Assembly (NCBI GenBank): GCA_018238155.1
Contig: JABCTZ010000019.1
Location: 64,001 to 128,000, forward strand
Source: Candidatus Heimdallarchaeota archaeon
GTDB taxonomy: Archaea; Asgardarchaeota; Heimdallarchaeia; JABLTI01
Length of the DNA: 64,000 nt
Direction of reading: 5' to 3'
Shown here: positions 20,513 through 32,400 of the stretch, one piece after another
How positions within the stretch are numbered: the first letter of the stretch is position 1
Layout: every line of letters starts with the position of its first letter
The notes under the pieces: model-generated
What the model was told of the DNA's origin: nothing
The model's database searches: none
Seen by the model: the letters and a program-made list of their open reading frames with translations, nothing else
Translations under genes and position numbers: made by a program

Positions 20513-22117
20513 ATGTCAAAAACAGCTGAGACAAAATTGGAAACTACAATTGAAAGAGTTGTAGTGTATCTTGATGGTGCCAGAATTTTTCGTTCTGGAA
20601 AAACTGAATTGAAGAAAGGTTATCAGTTAGTAAGAGTAGCAGGACTATCCAAGAAACTGATAAAAGATAGCGTTAGAGTTTCTGGGAAAGGAAAAGGCTC
20701 ACTGGGTGCAATTGATATTGAAACAAAATATCAAGAGCAAGTATCTCATGAAGGTCTAAAGAAACTCATAGAAGAAGAAAAAACTCTTCAAAAAGAATTA
20801 ACCACTTTGCAAGAAAAGTTAAACTTTGCTCGACATCAAAATGATAAAATGTTAATTTTGAGTGAAAACTTTGCTACTGAATTTCCTCAATGGTTGGCAT
20901 CCGGAGAATCCCAAATCGTTACTCTCTCTGAATTTCTTGATTTTGAAACAAAATCAAATGATATAAATATGAAGAAACGTCGAAAATTAGAAGATGATAT
21001 TGAAAAATTGACCCTTAAAATTCAAACGCTGCGAGCAGAGATAAATGATTTTAGAAATTTGTCACATGTTGAACAAACAACCGATATTGTCATTGGTGTA
21101 GATGTAACCCAAGCTGGTCCTTTTATCTTTGACTTTTCTTATCAAGCAAAAGGTGTTAGCTGGGAACCAAGCTATGATGTTGATTTAAAAATTGAAAATG
21201 CTGTTCTAAAAGGCGTTGCTTTAGTAAATAATCGTACATTAGAGGATTGGACAGATGTTGCCTTAACTATATCCACTGCAGTATTCAAACCTATTAGAAT
21301 TCATGAACCAAATCCATTTTACATTGATATTTATTCTCCTCGACCTCCTCCAAGTCCTGGCAGACGTCGCTCAGCTCCTGCACCAATGAGGAAAATGAAG
21401 AAAGCATCCTTAGAAATGATTAAGGAATCTGTAAGAGAAGAAGCTGAGATGGAAGATTTAATGGACATGGAATTACCTAGTGCAGTAATCAAAGAAAGTT
21501 CCTCTGGTGTTCAAAGCTTTGAAATATCTGGTAAATGGTCTATTCCTTCAGACGGGAACAATCATCCTATCACATTGACTACTCATGAATTAAAGACACT
21601 CAAAGAATTCTATTGGAGTGCAACAGCTTCATTGGGTGTAATTGCATTAGACAAGATTACAAATGGTGATGCAATAATTCTCGCAGGAAATGCAAAAGTG
21701 TATGCTGATGGAGAGTTCATAGGTGAAACATTTATTGATCAGATTGCTCCTGGAGAAGAATTCAAACTTGGTGCACGTGAAGAATTAAAGATGAAAGCTG
21801 AAAAGAAGCTTCTCAAACGTATGAAAGAGAAAGCAGGTTTGGTCAAAGGAAAACGATCCATCTCTTATAAATATGAGTTGAAGATCAATAATTACCGAAA
21901 ATTGGATGCTGCTATAACTATCAAAGATGTTATACCATACTCACACTCTGAAAGAATTAAAGTTAAAAACTTTGAACATAGTATAGAACCTGTAAATGAT
22001 AATCTTGGCATTCAAACGTGGAATTTAAAAATTAAACCGGGTGAGGAATACAAAGTAACCTATTCTTATGAAGTTGAATGGGAGAAAGAGTATTCCATAT
22101 CACCACCATTACCGTGA
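20513..22117 (+). CDS. DUF4140/DUF4139 (MuiA-family) protein
   Basis: IERVVVYLDGARIFR, SWEPSYD, N.T.EDW.DV.L.IST. Confidence 0.9.
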   Translation: MSKTAETKLETTIERVVVYLDGARIFRSGKTELKKGYQLVRVAGLSKKLIKDSVRVSGKGKGSLGAIDIETKYQEQVSHEGLKKLIEEEKTLQKELTTLQEKLNFARHQNDKMLILSENFATEFPQWLASGESQIVTLSEFLDFETKSNDINMKKRRKLEDDIEKLTLKIQTLRAEINDFRNLSHVEQTTDIVIGVDVTQAGPFIFDFSYQAKGVSWEPSYDVDLKIENAVLKGVALVNNRTLEDWTDVALTISTAVFKPIRIHEPNPFYIDIYSPRPPPSPGRRRSAPAPMRKMKKASLEMIKESVREEAEMEDLMDMELPSAVIKESSSGVQSFEISGKWSIPSDGNNHPITLTTHELKTLKEFYWSATASLGVIALDKITNGDAIILAGNAKVYADGEFIGETFIDQIAPGEEFKLGAREELKMKAEKKLLKRMKEKAGLVKGKRSISYKYELKINNYRKLDAAITIKDVIPYSHSERIKVKNFEHSIEPVNDNLGIQTWNLKIKPGEEYKVTYSYEVEWEKEYSISPPLP

Positions 22118-22130
22118 GGATACATAATAA

Positions 22131-22580
22131 ATGAGATTGCGAATTCTTCCAATGAATCCTCATTGGTTAATCAAAGAGACAAACAATGTTGATAAGAACC
22201 AAAATGGTAAGATCATTTTCAATTCTTCTCGACATTCCGTTTCTATCTTTTTTGCTTCTACAACAGCATCTTTAGTTCTTCGAAGAACAGATGAATTGCT
22301 AAAATATACTCTTTCCAATGATGAGTATAATCTTATTTCCACCACTAAATTAAATAATATTGAAAAACTAATCAAGTGGACGAATACTTCACGTGAAGAA
22401 GCTTTCAGAATTACTCTTAAAAGATTTCTAGTAAAAATAGTACAGAATGATGTTACAATTGGAAAATGTAGATTCATTTCTAAACATAAATTAATACTAA
22501 CAATTAATCCTGAAGTAGATATCCCCATTGCAATTCTTATTGGAAGTTTAATTCCATTCATTAGAAAAATGTCTTCTTAA
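22131..22580 (+). CDS. Hypothetical protein, possible LURP-one/Tubby-C-like fold
   Basis: Beta-rich body ending L.INPEVD plus hydrophobic helix. Confidence 0.5.
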   Translation: MRLRILPMNPHWLIKETNNVDKNQNGKIIFNSSRHSVSIFFASTTASLVLRRTDELLKYTLSNDEYNLISTTKLNNIEKLIKWTNTSREEAFRITLKRFLVKIVQNDVTIGKCRFISKHKLILTINPEVDIPIAILIGSLIPFIRKMSS

Positions 22581-22730
22581 TTATTCTCAAGTGTTCTTTT
22601 TCTTCTTCCTCGTTTTTAATCCCTCATTATAATTGGCTTTTTGAGAAATGTTTTGATTATTTGCTAGAACTTGTATTAGTAATTTTCAAAAGTTTAGAAA
22701 GAATAAATATACTCAAAAGCTAAACAATAT

Positions 22731-24272
22731 ATGATTAAAGCAATGTCTGAAGAAACTAAGGAGAAAGGAGCAAAATCTAAGAGTAAATTTTCACTTAGTT
22801 CACTTCAAATTGATAGAAAATTTCTGATTATTGCTCTATTTCTTATGATCTCTATTGTAACAGTTGTTTTTGCTACCCGAAACTTGTTTGAAACCGATAT
22901 TAGTGACTGGACCGTTACTCAAGGAAGGTTCGAAGGAAAAGATGGAGTAATGATTGGTACCTTGCCTTCTCATAACTGGGCTTATCATGACAGTGAAGTT
23001 GCATATGGGGAATGGCAATGGCAATTTCGATATGGCACCAAAGGCTCTGCTTCAGTAATTTTTATTGGTTCTGAACAAGAGCAAAGTGTTTTTTCGCATT
23101 CTACTCAAGGATATAAAATTGACTTTGAGATAACCAAACAAGTATCTTTGAAACGCATTGATGGTCTATACAATGAAAAGGTATTAGGTTCTACTCATGT
23201 TCCTATCGAAACTGGTAATGTTTATACAATTAGAGTTCGTCGTTTCACAAATAGCACTTTCCACGTTATAATAAATGAGCAATACGAATTTTCTACAAAT
23301 GATGCTACTTACACAACCTCAGAAGTTTTTGAATTGGATTGGGTTTTCAGTCAAACTCTTATTTGGGTTGATGTAAATGATGAAGTCAATGATAATAGTT
23401 GGTCTGATTATTTTGTTGGTTTACCTCAAGCACGCTCTACTAATATTTTCACTCAAATTGCTCTCTATACTCCATTTATTGCTTTGGCATCAGTTATTTT
23501 ATTCTATGTTTTTAGATTATTGATTACTGAAGGAAGCTGGACAAGATTTGTTATTCCGCTAATTTTGGCAATTATAGTTGGTGTGGGTGTCGCACTTCTC
23601 TTTGATTATTTAAGAGATATTTTAGCATATACAAATCCGGCACCTTCTGGAGTTCTTCCTTCTGTTACTATCGAAAATACCTCTATCATTTCACCTATAT
23701 CATCCGGATCTTCAAATTCATCTTCAAATCCCGGGGAAAATAGTACTCCTGGTATTCTTCCACCAATCGGAAAAACATCAATATCAATAATTTTACTCGT
23801 TGTCTCTGGTATATTCATTTTGCTTGCAGTGGGTTTTGTAATGTTTGATTTCCTCAAAAAGAGGGATGATGAATTCCATGATAAAATCATTGATGAAAAT
23901 GTTCGTTGGTTGCCAAAAGCTTCTGAAGAAGACCATCGAAAGAGAGTTATCCGTGCATATCATAAAACGTCGTATGATTTAATTGATTACGGAGCAAAAT
24001 CAGAACGCAGTATGACTCCCGGAGAGTTTGAACATTCTGTTACAGAAAAATTAGCTGTACCTGAAGAACCTATCGAAGAAATAACTGATTTGTATGAAAT
24101 CGCTCGATTTAGTGAGCAAAAGATTAGTTCCACGATGTCTAAAAAAGCTGAAAGACATTTTGATAGTATCTCAAATGATTTACGAGAGAAAAAGAAGGAT
24201 CCCAACAAAGACGAAGAGATACATCCTCAAAATGAGGAGGAGGATGACAAGCAAATAAAGGAGGATAAATAA
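22731..24272 (+). CDS. Membrane protein with lectin-like extracellular domain and C-terminal DUF4129
   Basis: Several TMs; VIRAY...SMTPGEF...ITDLYEIARFS. Confidence 0.8.
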   Translation: MIKAMSEETKEKGAKSKSKFSLSSLQIDRKFLIIALFLMISIVTVVFATRNLFETDISDWTVTQGRFEGKDGVMIGTLPSHNWAYHDSEVAYGEWQWQFRYGTKGSASVIFIGSEQEQSVFSHSTQGYKIDFEITKQVSLKRIDGLYNEKVLGSTHVPIETGNVYTIRVRRFTNSTFHVIINEQYEFSTNDATYTTSEVFELDWVFSQTLIWVDVNDEVNDNSWSDYFVGLPQARSTNIFTQIALYTPFIALASVILFYVFRLLITEGSWTRFVIPLILAIIVGVGVALLFDYLRDILAYTNPAPSGVLPSVTIENTSIISPISSGSSNSSSNPGENSTPGILPPIGKTSISIILLVVSGIFILLAVGFVMFDFLKKRDDEFHDKIIDENVRWLPKASEEDHRKRVIRAYHKTSYDLIDYGAKSERSMTPGEFEHSVTEKLAVPEEPIEEITDLYEIARFSEQKISSTMSKKAERHFDSISNDLREKKKDPNKDEEIHPQNEEEDDKQIKEDK

Positions 24273-24273
24273 T

Positions 24274-24807
24274 ATGGCTGTAACACCCCAATTTCTTGAA
24301 ACGGCTTGGCTGCTATTATTCTTTGTAAGCATAATTTTCATCTTTATGATAATCTTTAGTGAGCTTGGAGAACAAACAAGAAAAATAAAGCATTGGTGTA
24401 AAATTTCTTATGGAAAAATGCTTCCTCGAATAAGTTTGTCTTTTCAACATTTTCAGCGAAAAGGTGAGTTACTCACAAATACTAGCTCCAATATCTGTAG
24501 ATCAATCCATGGAGATATGATTGTTTACCTAAAGGCATCTAAAGGACTTAATGATAAAGAGATTGTTGAACTTCTTGAAGATAAAATACAGCTTGAACAA
24601 ATATTTCAAAATGATGATATCGTTCTATTTCTTCAAGATCCAAATTTTTGGTTAAGAATGGATGATTCAGAACCATCATTTCTTTACAAAATGCTTGAAC
24701 CTTTACGAGCGATTTTTAAGGAAAAAAAACTTGAAAATAATTTATTTTACATTCGATTAGCTATTTTAATCAATACTTTTCAAAAAATTTTAGAAACTGG
24801 TGGTTAA
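24274..24807 (+). CDS. Hypothetical membrane-anchored protein
   Basis: N-terminal TM; 1 nt after the DUF4129 gene. Confidence 0.7.
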   Translation: MAVTPQFLETAWLLLFFVSIIFIFMIIFSELGEQTRKIKHWCKISYGKMLPRISLSFQHFQRKGELLTNTSSNICRSIHGDMIVYLKASKGLNDKEIVELLEDKIQLEQIFQNDDIVLFLQDPNFWLRMDDSEPSFLYKMLEPLRAIFKEKKLENNLFYIRLAILINTFQKILETGG

Positions 24808-25556
24808 GAATATTTCGAATGTGATTTTGCAAATTCTTCTTCCATTTGTTCTCTTTTCTTTTTCAATAAAATTTGCTCAATATCTGGTGTCAATGTCTTT
24901 CGACTTATGATTAATAAAACTATTAGACTTACGATCATAAAAATTGCGAATAAAATATCGCTTTGTAAAAATTCAAAGAGGTAATAACCAATGATACTTA
25001 AGATGATTGATAAACCGAAGAGAATACCACTTAAACGCAGTAAGAATTTAAAATATCTGCTAATAGTTACAGACGCATGATAGTATACTCCTCCTTCAGA
25101 TATGGAAATAACATCTTCTACTAACGGATCTATGATAAGGATTATTCTTGTAACTTCATGGTAGATAATGAGTACAACAAAGAGTAATATAACTTCTAAA
25201 TAGAAAGCTGATAATACAAGTATCCAAACGCCATAAATTAGTGTTGAGAGAACAAGGCAGAATTTTCTTCCCTGTATGAAACCAAAAATAGCAATTAAAG
25301 ATGGGATTAAACATGCAGTAATAAATCCTATTGCTGTAAAAGTAACTGTTGTTTGTGAATCTATTAATCGTAAAGGTGAAACTAGAATAATTACAAAAAC
25401 CATTGCCAAAGCAATAAATTGTAAGTTCAGTTTTTTTCTTCTAAAAATTTCTGCTGTGGGTTCAGTTATCCGAGAGAGAACTTTCTTTGTATCTCCATCG
25501 GTGATATATTCTATTTCCTCTTCCTCTTTGGAATGTTTTCGTTTCAAATCGGTCAC
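24804..25556 (-). CDS. Hypothetical polytopic membrane protein
   Basis: About six hydrophobic segments; abuts the DUF58 gene. Confidence 0.75.
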   Translation of the reverse strand: MTDLKRKHSKEEEEIEYITDGDTKKVLSRITEPTAEIFRRKKLNLQFIALAMVFVIILVSPLRLIDSQTTVTFTAIGFITACLIPSLIAIFGFIQGRKFCLVLSTLIYGVWILVLSAFYLEVILLFVVLIIYHEVTRIILIIDPLVEDVISISEGGVYYHASVTISRYFKFLLRLSGILFGLSIILSIIGYYLFEFLQSDILFAIFMIVSLIVLLIISRKTLTPDIEQILLKKKREQMEEEFAKSHSKYS

Positions 25557-26849
25557 TTATCTGTTCCCTCCTCTTCTTACAGATATTTGTTTTAGTTTAT
25601 TCATGAATACACTGAAAGGAACAGAAATATCCCATTCAATAACAATGACTCCTTTTTGATAAACTTTAATTATCTCAGTTTTTCTTCGAATCTTCAAGTT
25701 TTGATGAACCAAAACATTTGCCGGATTTTCTTTATCTTTGATAAACCGCCATTCTGAATCTATGATTGCAGGTACAAGGAAAAAGCTATTTCTTCTCCTT
25801 CGAGCGGTTTGTACCAGAATATTATTAATTCGTTTATCGATTAATGGTGTGATAAAGATAGTTAAGCAATTATTTGGAAAATATTGGTCTAGATTATTGT
25901 CTAATCTCTGTTTTAGAATATTGAACCGGTCAATTTTAGTTGCTTGTACATCAATTAATTTCTCAGTAAACTTCATTAATTGCTGCCTTGAACTACTCAA
26001 ATCAAATCTATCAACAACATCACGAATGACTACCAAACCAACTCTACACTTGTATTTTAGAAAGTGCTCTGTTAGGGAAAGAACAGCTTTTATTTCTTCA
26101 TCTAAAACCGAACCTGTCTTTTCAGTTGCATCAAGAACCATCAAAAGATCTGCTGATCGGAATAGTTCATATTCATTTGTGAACAATTTGTTATATTTTG
26201 CCGTTGCGGACCAGTTTATTCTTCCAATAGAATCCGAAGAAGTGAATTCTCGTACACCTGAAAAATCTAGTCCCTCTCCTTTTAATTTTGAATGGAATGG
26301 TCCGTCCGAGATTTTCGGATATTTTGTTCTAAAAGGCATATCTTTTATCAATTCGAAATTTGGAATAACAATTAAATCGCTTATTGTTTCTTCATATGTT
26401 GCAACAGTGTACACTGAGTTTGTAAAATTTCGTGCTCTTATATGCGTTGGTCCAATATTCCATCTTCCTCTATAATCGCACCTAATTTCATAGCGTACAG
26501 TTGTCTCCTCACCAGGATCCAGAGTTGTCATTACGTGATTGCTTCCCTTTTTCAAGCTAACTTGCATTGGAAGCGTATCAAGTATTTCCAGCATTTCAAC
26601 AGTTTTCTTTCCATGGTTTTTGATTTTCAAAGTGATTTTGACATGTTCTCCTTCTTGATATCTCGTTTGTTCGATTTCTCGAATAACTTCTAAATCAAGT
26701 TCTTCCGGAGGTTGTATAACAAAATACGTTAGTGTAAGGATAGTTAGAGGAATTAAGGCTAACAAAATCAACCAATTTCTAAATCCCATGCCAAGTAAAA
26801 GAATAGCGAAAAATGATGCAAGAGTCCATCTTATCTTTGGTGTGAACAT
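25557..26849 (-). CDS. DUF58 (VWA-like) protein, MoxR partner
   Basis: G.GLDFSGVREF..SD..RINWSATAK. Confidence 0.92.
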   Translation of the reverse strand: MFTPKIRWTLASFFAILLLGMGFRNWLILLALIPLTILTLTYFVIQPPEELDLEVIREIEQTRYQEGEHVKITLKIKNHGKKTVEMLEILDTLPMQVSLKKGSNHVMTTLDPGEETTVRYEIRCDYRGRWNIGPTHIRARNFTNSVYTVATYEETISDLIVIPNFELIKDMPFRTKYPKISDGPFHSKLKGEGLDFSGVREFTSSDSIGRINWSATAKYNKLFTNEYELFRSADLLMVLDATEKTGSVLDEEIKAVLSLTEHFLKYKCRVGLVVIRDVVDRFDLSSSRQQLMKFTEKLIDVQATKIDRFNILKQRLDNNLDQYFPNNCLTIFITPLIDKRINNILVQTARRRRNSFFLVPAIIDSEWRFIKDKENPANVLVHQNLKIRRKTEIIKVYQKGVIVIEWDISVPFSVFMNKLKQISVRRGGNR

Positions 26850-26900
26850 AATTCTGCCTCATTTCTTCATTTGTTCTCTTGATTTCTCTGAATGGTCTTT

Positions 26901-27854
26901 CTAATCTAATCGAGGAGCTTTAATCTTTGTTAAGATTCGCGCTAAAACTTCTTCTGATTTAATACCCGTTAACCAGCTTCCTGTAGTAAGAATAATTCGA
27001 TGTTCCAAGGCAGGAATCACTACTTTCTTTACATCATCCGGATTAACGAAATTTCGGCCGTTTATTACTGCACTTGCTCTTGAAAGGTGAAGTAAAGATA
27101 AGCTTCCTCTAGGACTTGCTCCAACTTCTATTCTATCACTTTCTCTAGTAGTTCTAACAATATCTACAATGTATTGTTTAATTCGGTCATCAATGTGAAC
27201 TTCTTCCACAACATCCATAATTTGGGTAAGCTCTTCTTCGTCTGTAATAACGTTTAATTCAAATTCCTCACGTTTACGTATAATTCTACGATTTAGAATT
27301 TCAATTTCTTCAGCTATATTTGGATAACCGACACTTATTTTCATAATGAATCTATCTAATTGGGCTTCTGGTAATGGAAATGTTCCTTCAAACTCAATTG
27401 GATTTTGTGTCGCTAAAACATGGAATGGGTGAGGGAGTGGATAGGTTACTCCATCGATAGTAACATGTTGTTCTTGCATCGCTTCAAGAAGTGCTGATTG
27501 AGTTTTTGGTGAAGCTCGATTTATTTCATCTACAAGAAGAAGGTTTGTAAATACTGGTCCTTCTCTAAAGAAGAATTCTTGTTTCTTTTGATTATAAATT
27601 GTTGAACCCGTTACATCTGCCGGTAAAAGATCGGGGGTGCATTGTATACGCGTGAAATCACATTTCATAACTTGAGCGAATGCCTTGATCATCATCGTTT
27701 TTGCTAGACCTGGGACATCTTCCAACAAGAGATTACCTTTCGCTAAAATTCCGATGAGAATTTTTTCAAGCACATCTTCTTTACCAACAATGATTTTTCC
27801 AACTTCACTCAAAATAGACTTTGTAACAGCTGAGGCTTTATCTGGTTTCATCAT
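26901..27854 (-). CDS. MoxR-family AAA+ ATPase
   Basis: EDVPGLAKT, RIQCTPDLLPAD, DEINRASPKTQSALLEAM, FPLPEAQLDRF. Confidence 0.96.
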   Translation of the reverse strand: MMKPDKASAVTKSILSEVGKIIVGKEDVLEKILIGILAKGNLLLEDVPGLAKTMMIKAFAQVMKCDFTRIQCTPDLLPADVTGSTIYNQKKQEFFFREGPVFTNLLLVDEINRASPKTQSALLEAMQEQHVTIDGVTYPLPHPFHVLATQNPIEFEGTFPLPEAQLDRFIMKISVGYPNIAEEIEILNRRIIRKREEFELNVITDEEELTQIMDVVEEVHIDDRIKQYIVDIVRTTRESDRIEVGASPRGSLSLLHLSRASAVINGRNFVNPDDVKKVVIPALEHRIILTTGSWLTGIKSEEVLARILTKIKAPRLD

Positions 27855-28165
27855 ACATCCCACTGTATATACGATTTATTTACCTATTATACGGTTTCGA
27901 TTCTACTGCCAAATCAAATACAAACATTTTTTTTACTCAAGGTAAATTTGTTCTAAGTTAGCGTTTTAAATTTCTACATATCATTGCTAACCTTGAGATA
28001 TTTTATCACCCTCTCTTTTAAGGATGTTTTTTCCTTTGCCTTTTCTAATTCTCTTATCTCGCATTATTTCCATTTATCTGAATAATAGAAACACAAGATT
28101 ATCAGAAAGTTTAAAGAATAGACATCCGAAAGAATGGATACTGATTAATTAGAGGATTACCAATA

Positions 28166-28372
28166 ATGAGCAGAAGACAAAAATCTAGTGGCGGTAGTGG
28201 AGGAGGAGCAATGCCTGCAACAGGTGCAGGTTTAATCAGATTCTTCGAAGAAGATACTCCTGGAATTAAGATTGGACCTTATGCTGTAATGATCTTTGCA
28301 GTTGTATTAATTGTCGTTGTTTTAGCTGGTCCTTGGGTATTAAAGTTATTCACAGGCACATCAACTACTTAA
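28166..28372 (+). CDS. secG: Preprotein translocase subunit Sec61beta (archaeal SecG)
   Basis: GAGLIRFFEED..GIKIGP plus single TM. Confidence 0.95.
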   Translation: MSRRQKSSGGSGGGAMPATGAGLIRFFEEDTPGIKIGPYAVMIFAVVLIVVVLAGPWVLKLFTGTSTT

Positions 28373-28385
28373 TTCACTAGTTAAG

Positions 28386-28409
28386 CTTTTGATGAGAAAC
28401 CATCAAAAG
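28386..28409 (+). terminator. Hairpin between convergent secG and scpA
   Basis: CTTTTGATG-agaaac-CATCAAAAG perfect 9-bp stem. Confidence 0.55.
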
Positions 28410-28471
28410 TCTTTCATTCTATTTATATTTTAGAAAAAATAATAATTGTTTCACTAATTTTTGAAGATAAA

Positions 28472-29368
28472 TTACTTTTCTTCTTCAAAGAGCATATCAC
28501 TTTCTTCAATGAAATCATTCTCTTCGTCAATTTCTGTAATAGTAACACCGGCCTCTGCAAGAGCTCCTTCTCCTCCATCTCTTAGTTTTTTCTCAATTAC
28601 CTTCTCTAAACCACCTAAAAATTCCTCTTCATTATCTCTGATTGGTATGATAGTAATAATTGCTAAATCTTCATCTTGGAATAATTGCATTTTTAATTCA
28701 TAACATAAATATAAAATACAAAGGAATGTACGAATAATTGTGACTCGCTCAGAATTTTGTTTTATTAACTCATCAAATCTAATTGGTCGTTTGTATTTTT
28801 CATGTAAATGAACTAATTTTCTATAAACATCCTTTTTGAGTTTAGCTATTTTTGTTGCTTCTTCATCAATAAGTCTTATTGGTTTAGCAGGCAGTTGCAA
28901 AGGTTGAATGAGAGCTTTTCTCTTTCCAATGGCTACTCTTTGCTTATACCTTACCTCTTGCTTGAGCAATCCTTGGAATGCATAAACTAATTCATTAAAT
29001 GTTACTGGTCTTTGAGAAATATGGTATGACGGGCTTATTTCCGGAATATCAAACCCTAAAGCTTCCAAATCTTCTTTATTATCATCTATTTCTTCAATAA
29101 GTTTAATGAGATCGCTTACTTTTGCACGATACAAAATTGCTGCTGAAAGAATAGCTCTACCTAGTACTGGAAAATTTATGTCATCAGTATCTTTCATTTC
29201 TTGAACGAATCGAGTAATCAAATCAGCAATCTCTAAATCCCAAGGATTAACCTTGCGAAATTGAGTTATATCAGTAAGTAATCTAAAAGGTGCACGTAGC
29301 CAGAAAGGATAATCATCATTGATTCCTTGGTTTTCTTCTTGATTTAATCCAAAGTCTCTATCCGCCAT
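28472..29368 (-). CDS. scpA: Kleisin ScpA
   Basis: VNPWDLEIADL...F, GRAILSAAILYR.K, TFLCILYL...L.Q; directly downstream of smc. Confidence 0.9.
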   Translation of the reverse strand: MADRDFGLNQEENQGINDDYPFWLRAPFRLLTDITQFRKVNPWDLEIADLITRFVQEMKDTDDINFPVLGRAILSAAILYRAKVSDLIKLIEEIDDNKEDLEALGFDIPEISPSYHISQRPVTFNELVYAFQGLLKQEVRYKQRVAIGKRKALIQPLQLPAKPIRLIDEEATKIAKLKKDVYRKLVHLHEKYKRPIRFDELIKQNSERVTIIRTFLCILYLCYELKMQLFQDEDLAIITIIPIRDNEEEFLGGLEKVIEKKLRDGGEGALAEAGVTITEIDEENDFIEESDMLFEEEK

Positions 29369-29445
29369 TTGCTTTACACCTATTATTATTGCTCTCTTTG
29401 TTTTTTTTATATTAAGCTATCAAAATTTAATTTTTTGAATGAGTG

Positions 29446-32400
29446 CTAATAATCATAAATTTCTGCTTCAGATGGTAAATCCGTTTTCTCAACAATTTTC
29501 ATTACTTCATCTAATGATACCGTAACAATTTGTGAAATTCGGTCTTCACCTGCAGTTACACCAAATATCTTTTCTGCTGCAGCAATCATTGGTGCTCTTA
29601 AACTAATAACTATTATTTGTGTTGCTTTGCTCATTTCACGAATTAGCGCGGCAACTTTGTGGACATTATTGAGATCTAAGAAGGCATCAATTTCATCCAG
29701 GACATAGAATGGGGCCGGTTTATATCTTTGTATGGCGAATATCATCGCTAGTGCTGTGAGCGATTTCTCACCACCTGAAAGAGATAACATACTGACGATT
29801 TTCTTTCCTCCTGGATTAGCAGAAATGAGAACTCCTCCATTGAACGGATCATCAGGGTCTTCTAATTCTACCTTTGCTCTGCCATCTGGTGAAAGAATAC
29901 CAAAGACTCTATTGAAATCTTTAGAAATATTGTTGAAAATAGCCATGAATTTATCCCGTTTTTCGCTTTCAATGTCGTTTATTGCTTTGCTAATAGCATC
30001 AAAATCTCTTTCAACGAATTTTCTTTTGTCTACTAATTCATTATTTAATTCAAGTTCTTCTTCATATTGGGAAACTGCTTTCATATTTATCTCTGGGAGG
30101 GCATCAAGTTCTGCTTTTAGTCCAGTAATCACTTCTCTTAGAACAGAGATATCAATTTCTTCATCCTCTGCAAAAATATATGGTAAATCTCTTTCTGCGG
30201 CAATTTCTTCTAATTCAATTATTTGTCCTTCGTTATTCGATTTTTCATTAACAAACCTTTCAACCATAATAATTATTTGATTTTGTTCTTGTCTTTCTTC
30301 TTCCAGGCTTATTCTCATATTTGCTTGTTCTTCTTCTAACCTTTCTTGTTCATTTTGACTTTCTTCAATTAGAGAGATCAATTTATCTCGTTTCTCTTTC
30401 TTTTGAGAAATCACGGCAGCAATTTCATCAACAGTTTTTTGTAGGAGTGTAACTTCATTCACTAATTCTGGTTCATCTTTCTCAATACTTTCGATTCTAT
30501 TTTGAATTTCTTCGAATGTTTTTCTATTCGTTTCTAAACTAGCAGAAGTCTTGAATTGTTGCATTTTCAAGTCATTAATTATATCTCCAATTTCAACTTG
30601 CTGGCTTTCTTTAATCTTTATTTCAGTGAGAACATCCTGAATACCACTTGTATCAAGTTCTTCTTTAAGCTTCATTTCTGACTCTGATAATTTTTCAAGA
30701 GTAATAGCAATATCTTTTCTAGAATTCAATAAATCGTCAATTTTTACTTCTAAATCTTCAGACTCTTTTGAGAGTTGTTCTAATTCTTTTTGTATTCGAA
30801 TGTTTTCCTGACTTCTTATTTCAATCTCTTCTTGGATTATATTTATATCTCGTTCTCTCAAATCTCCATTTCTTATTACATCACTTAGTTGCGGTTGAAG
30901 ATCTTCATTCAATTCCTTTGCTATATCTGTTCGATATTCTAATAATCTATGACGTTCTTCTTGTAGTATTTCATATTCTTCTTCCATATCTGGAAGTTTT
31001 CCTTCTTCTTCAATTATTAACGAGATTTTTGATGCTGCCCTCGCCTTATAAAAACCACCTGTTATAGCTCCTGACGGATTGACTACATCACCATCTAAAG
31101 TTATAGCTTTATAAGAGAAACCTATTTTTCGTGCTGTATCGAGATTTTTAACAATAACTGCTTGCCCAAAAACAAATTCGGCTGCCTTTCGATATTTCTC
31201 CTCAAATTCTACCAAATCTATAGCTTTACCGATTACTCCTTTTTCTTTTATATCTGTGGTAATAATATATGGTCTCAATTTATTGAGAGGTAAAAAGGTT
31301 ACACGACCAGCTTTTGCTTTTTTAACCATCATTACACATTGTGCTGCTACTTCATCTGTTTCAACTACAATATGATTAGTACGATTGCCGGCAGTAATAT
31401 TCAATGCAATAGAATATTTTGGATGTGTTTTACAAATTTCCCCAATAGTACCGTAGATTCCTTGTATTTTCCCTGATTCTCTTGCTTCCAAAACAAGTTT
31501 TATTCCCCTATCTCTACTTGTTATCTCTGCCATAATTTTCTTTGTAGTTTCTAATTCTGTTTGAATTTGTTTAATATTGATAGCTTTATCTCGCAAGTTA
31601 TGTTCATTTTCAATTAGTTCTTGTTCAACTGTATCCAACTCTGTCTTTAATTCACTCACTTTGACATTTAGTTTTCTTGCGAGTTCATTATAATCACTAA
31701 TTTCAGTAGTATACTTTGCTTTTCGACTTAGAAAAGTAGCAAGAATACCTGCAACTTCCACCACTCTCTTCTCTCGTTCACTTAGTTTAGATTTAGTAAT
31801 GTTAATATTGTTGTTAAAAATCGCCAATTGAGATTCAATATCTGCTCTTCGCTTATTCATCTCCGCAGTGGTTGAGCGTATTTCTTCTAATTGATTCATT
31901 ACTTCACTGGTTTTTGATGTTTCAAGCATCTGTCTTTTTAGATCAAGTTCCTCTTTGATCTTCGTGAGTGTGCTATCAGTACCGTCTAATTGTTCTTTAG
32001 TTGAAAGATTATCACTTGCAAGATCTGAATTCTCTAATTGTATAGTATTCAATTCTTCTTTTGCAGAAATTTTATTTTCTTTTAGTTGTTCTAATTCACG
32101 TTCTTTCTGAGCTTTATTTGATACGTTAATAGACTGGTTTTTAGTTAACTCCTCAATTTCACTTGTAAGAGTATTGAAAGACTGTGTTGTAGCATCTTTT
32201 ACTTTTGCTTTTGCTTCTTTGAGTTTTTTATCGTATGATACAATTGCTACAGTCAGCTGATCAATAGTTTCCTCAGAACTCTTCTTTTTCTCTTTCAAGT
32301 CATCTATTTTTGAGACAATTTCAACAATTCTGTCTTTAAGTTGTCTTATTCGAGCATGAATAAGTTTTGCTTCGGTATTCTTAATACGAATGGTTAATTC

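Noticed and set aside
25738-26475. 245-aa plus-strand ORF and similar antisense ORFs (e.g. 14569..15018, 29732..30280, 19107..19505)
   Set aside because: Shadow frames opposite well-supported genes, with no motifs
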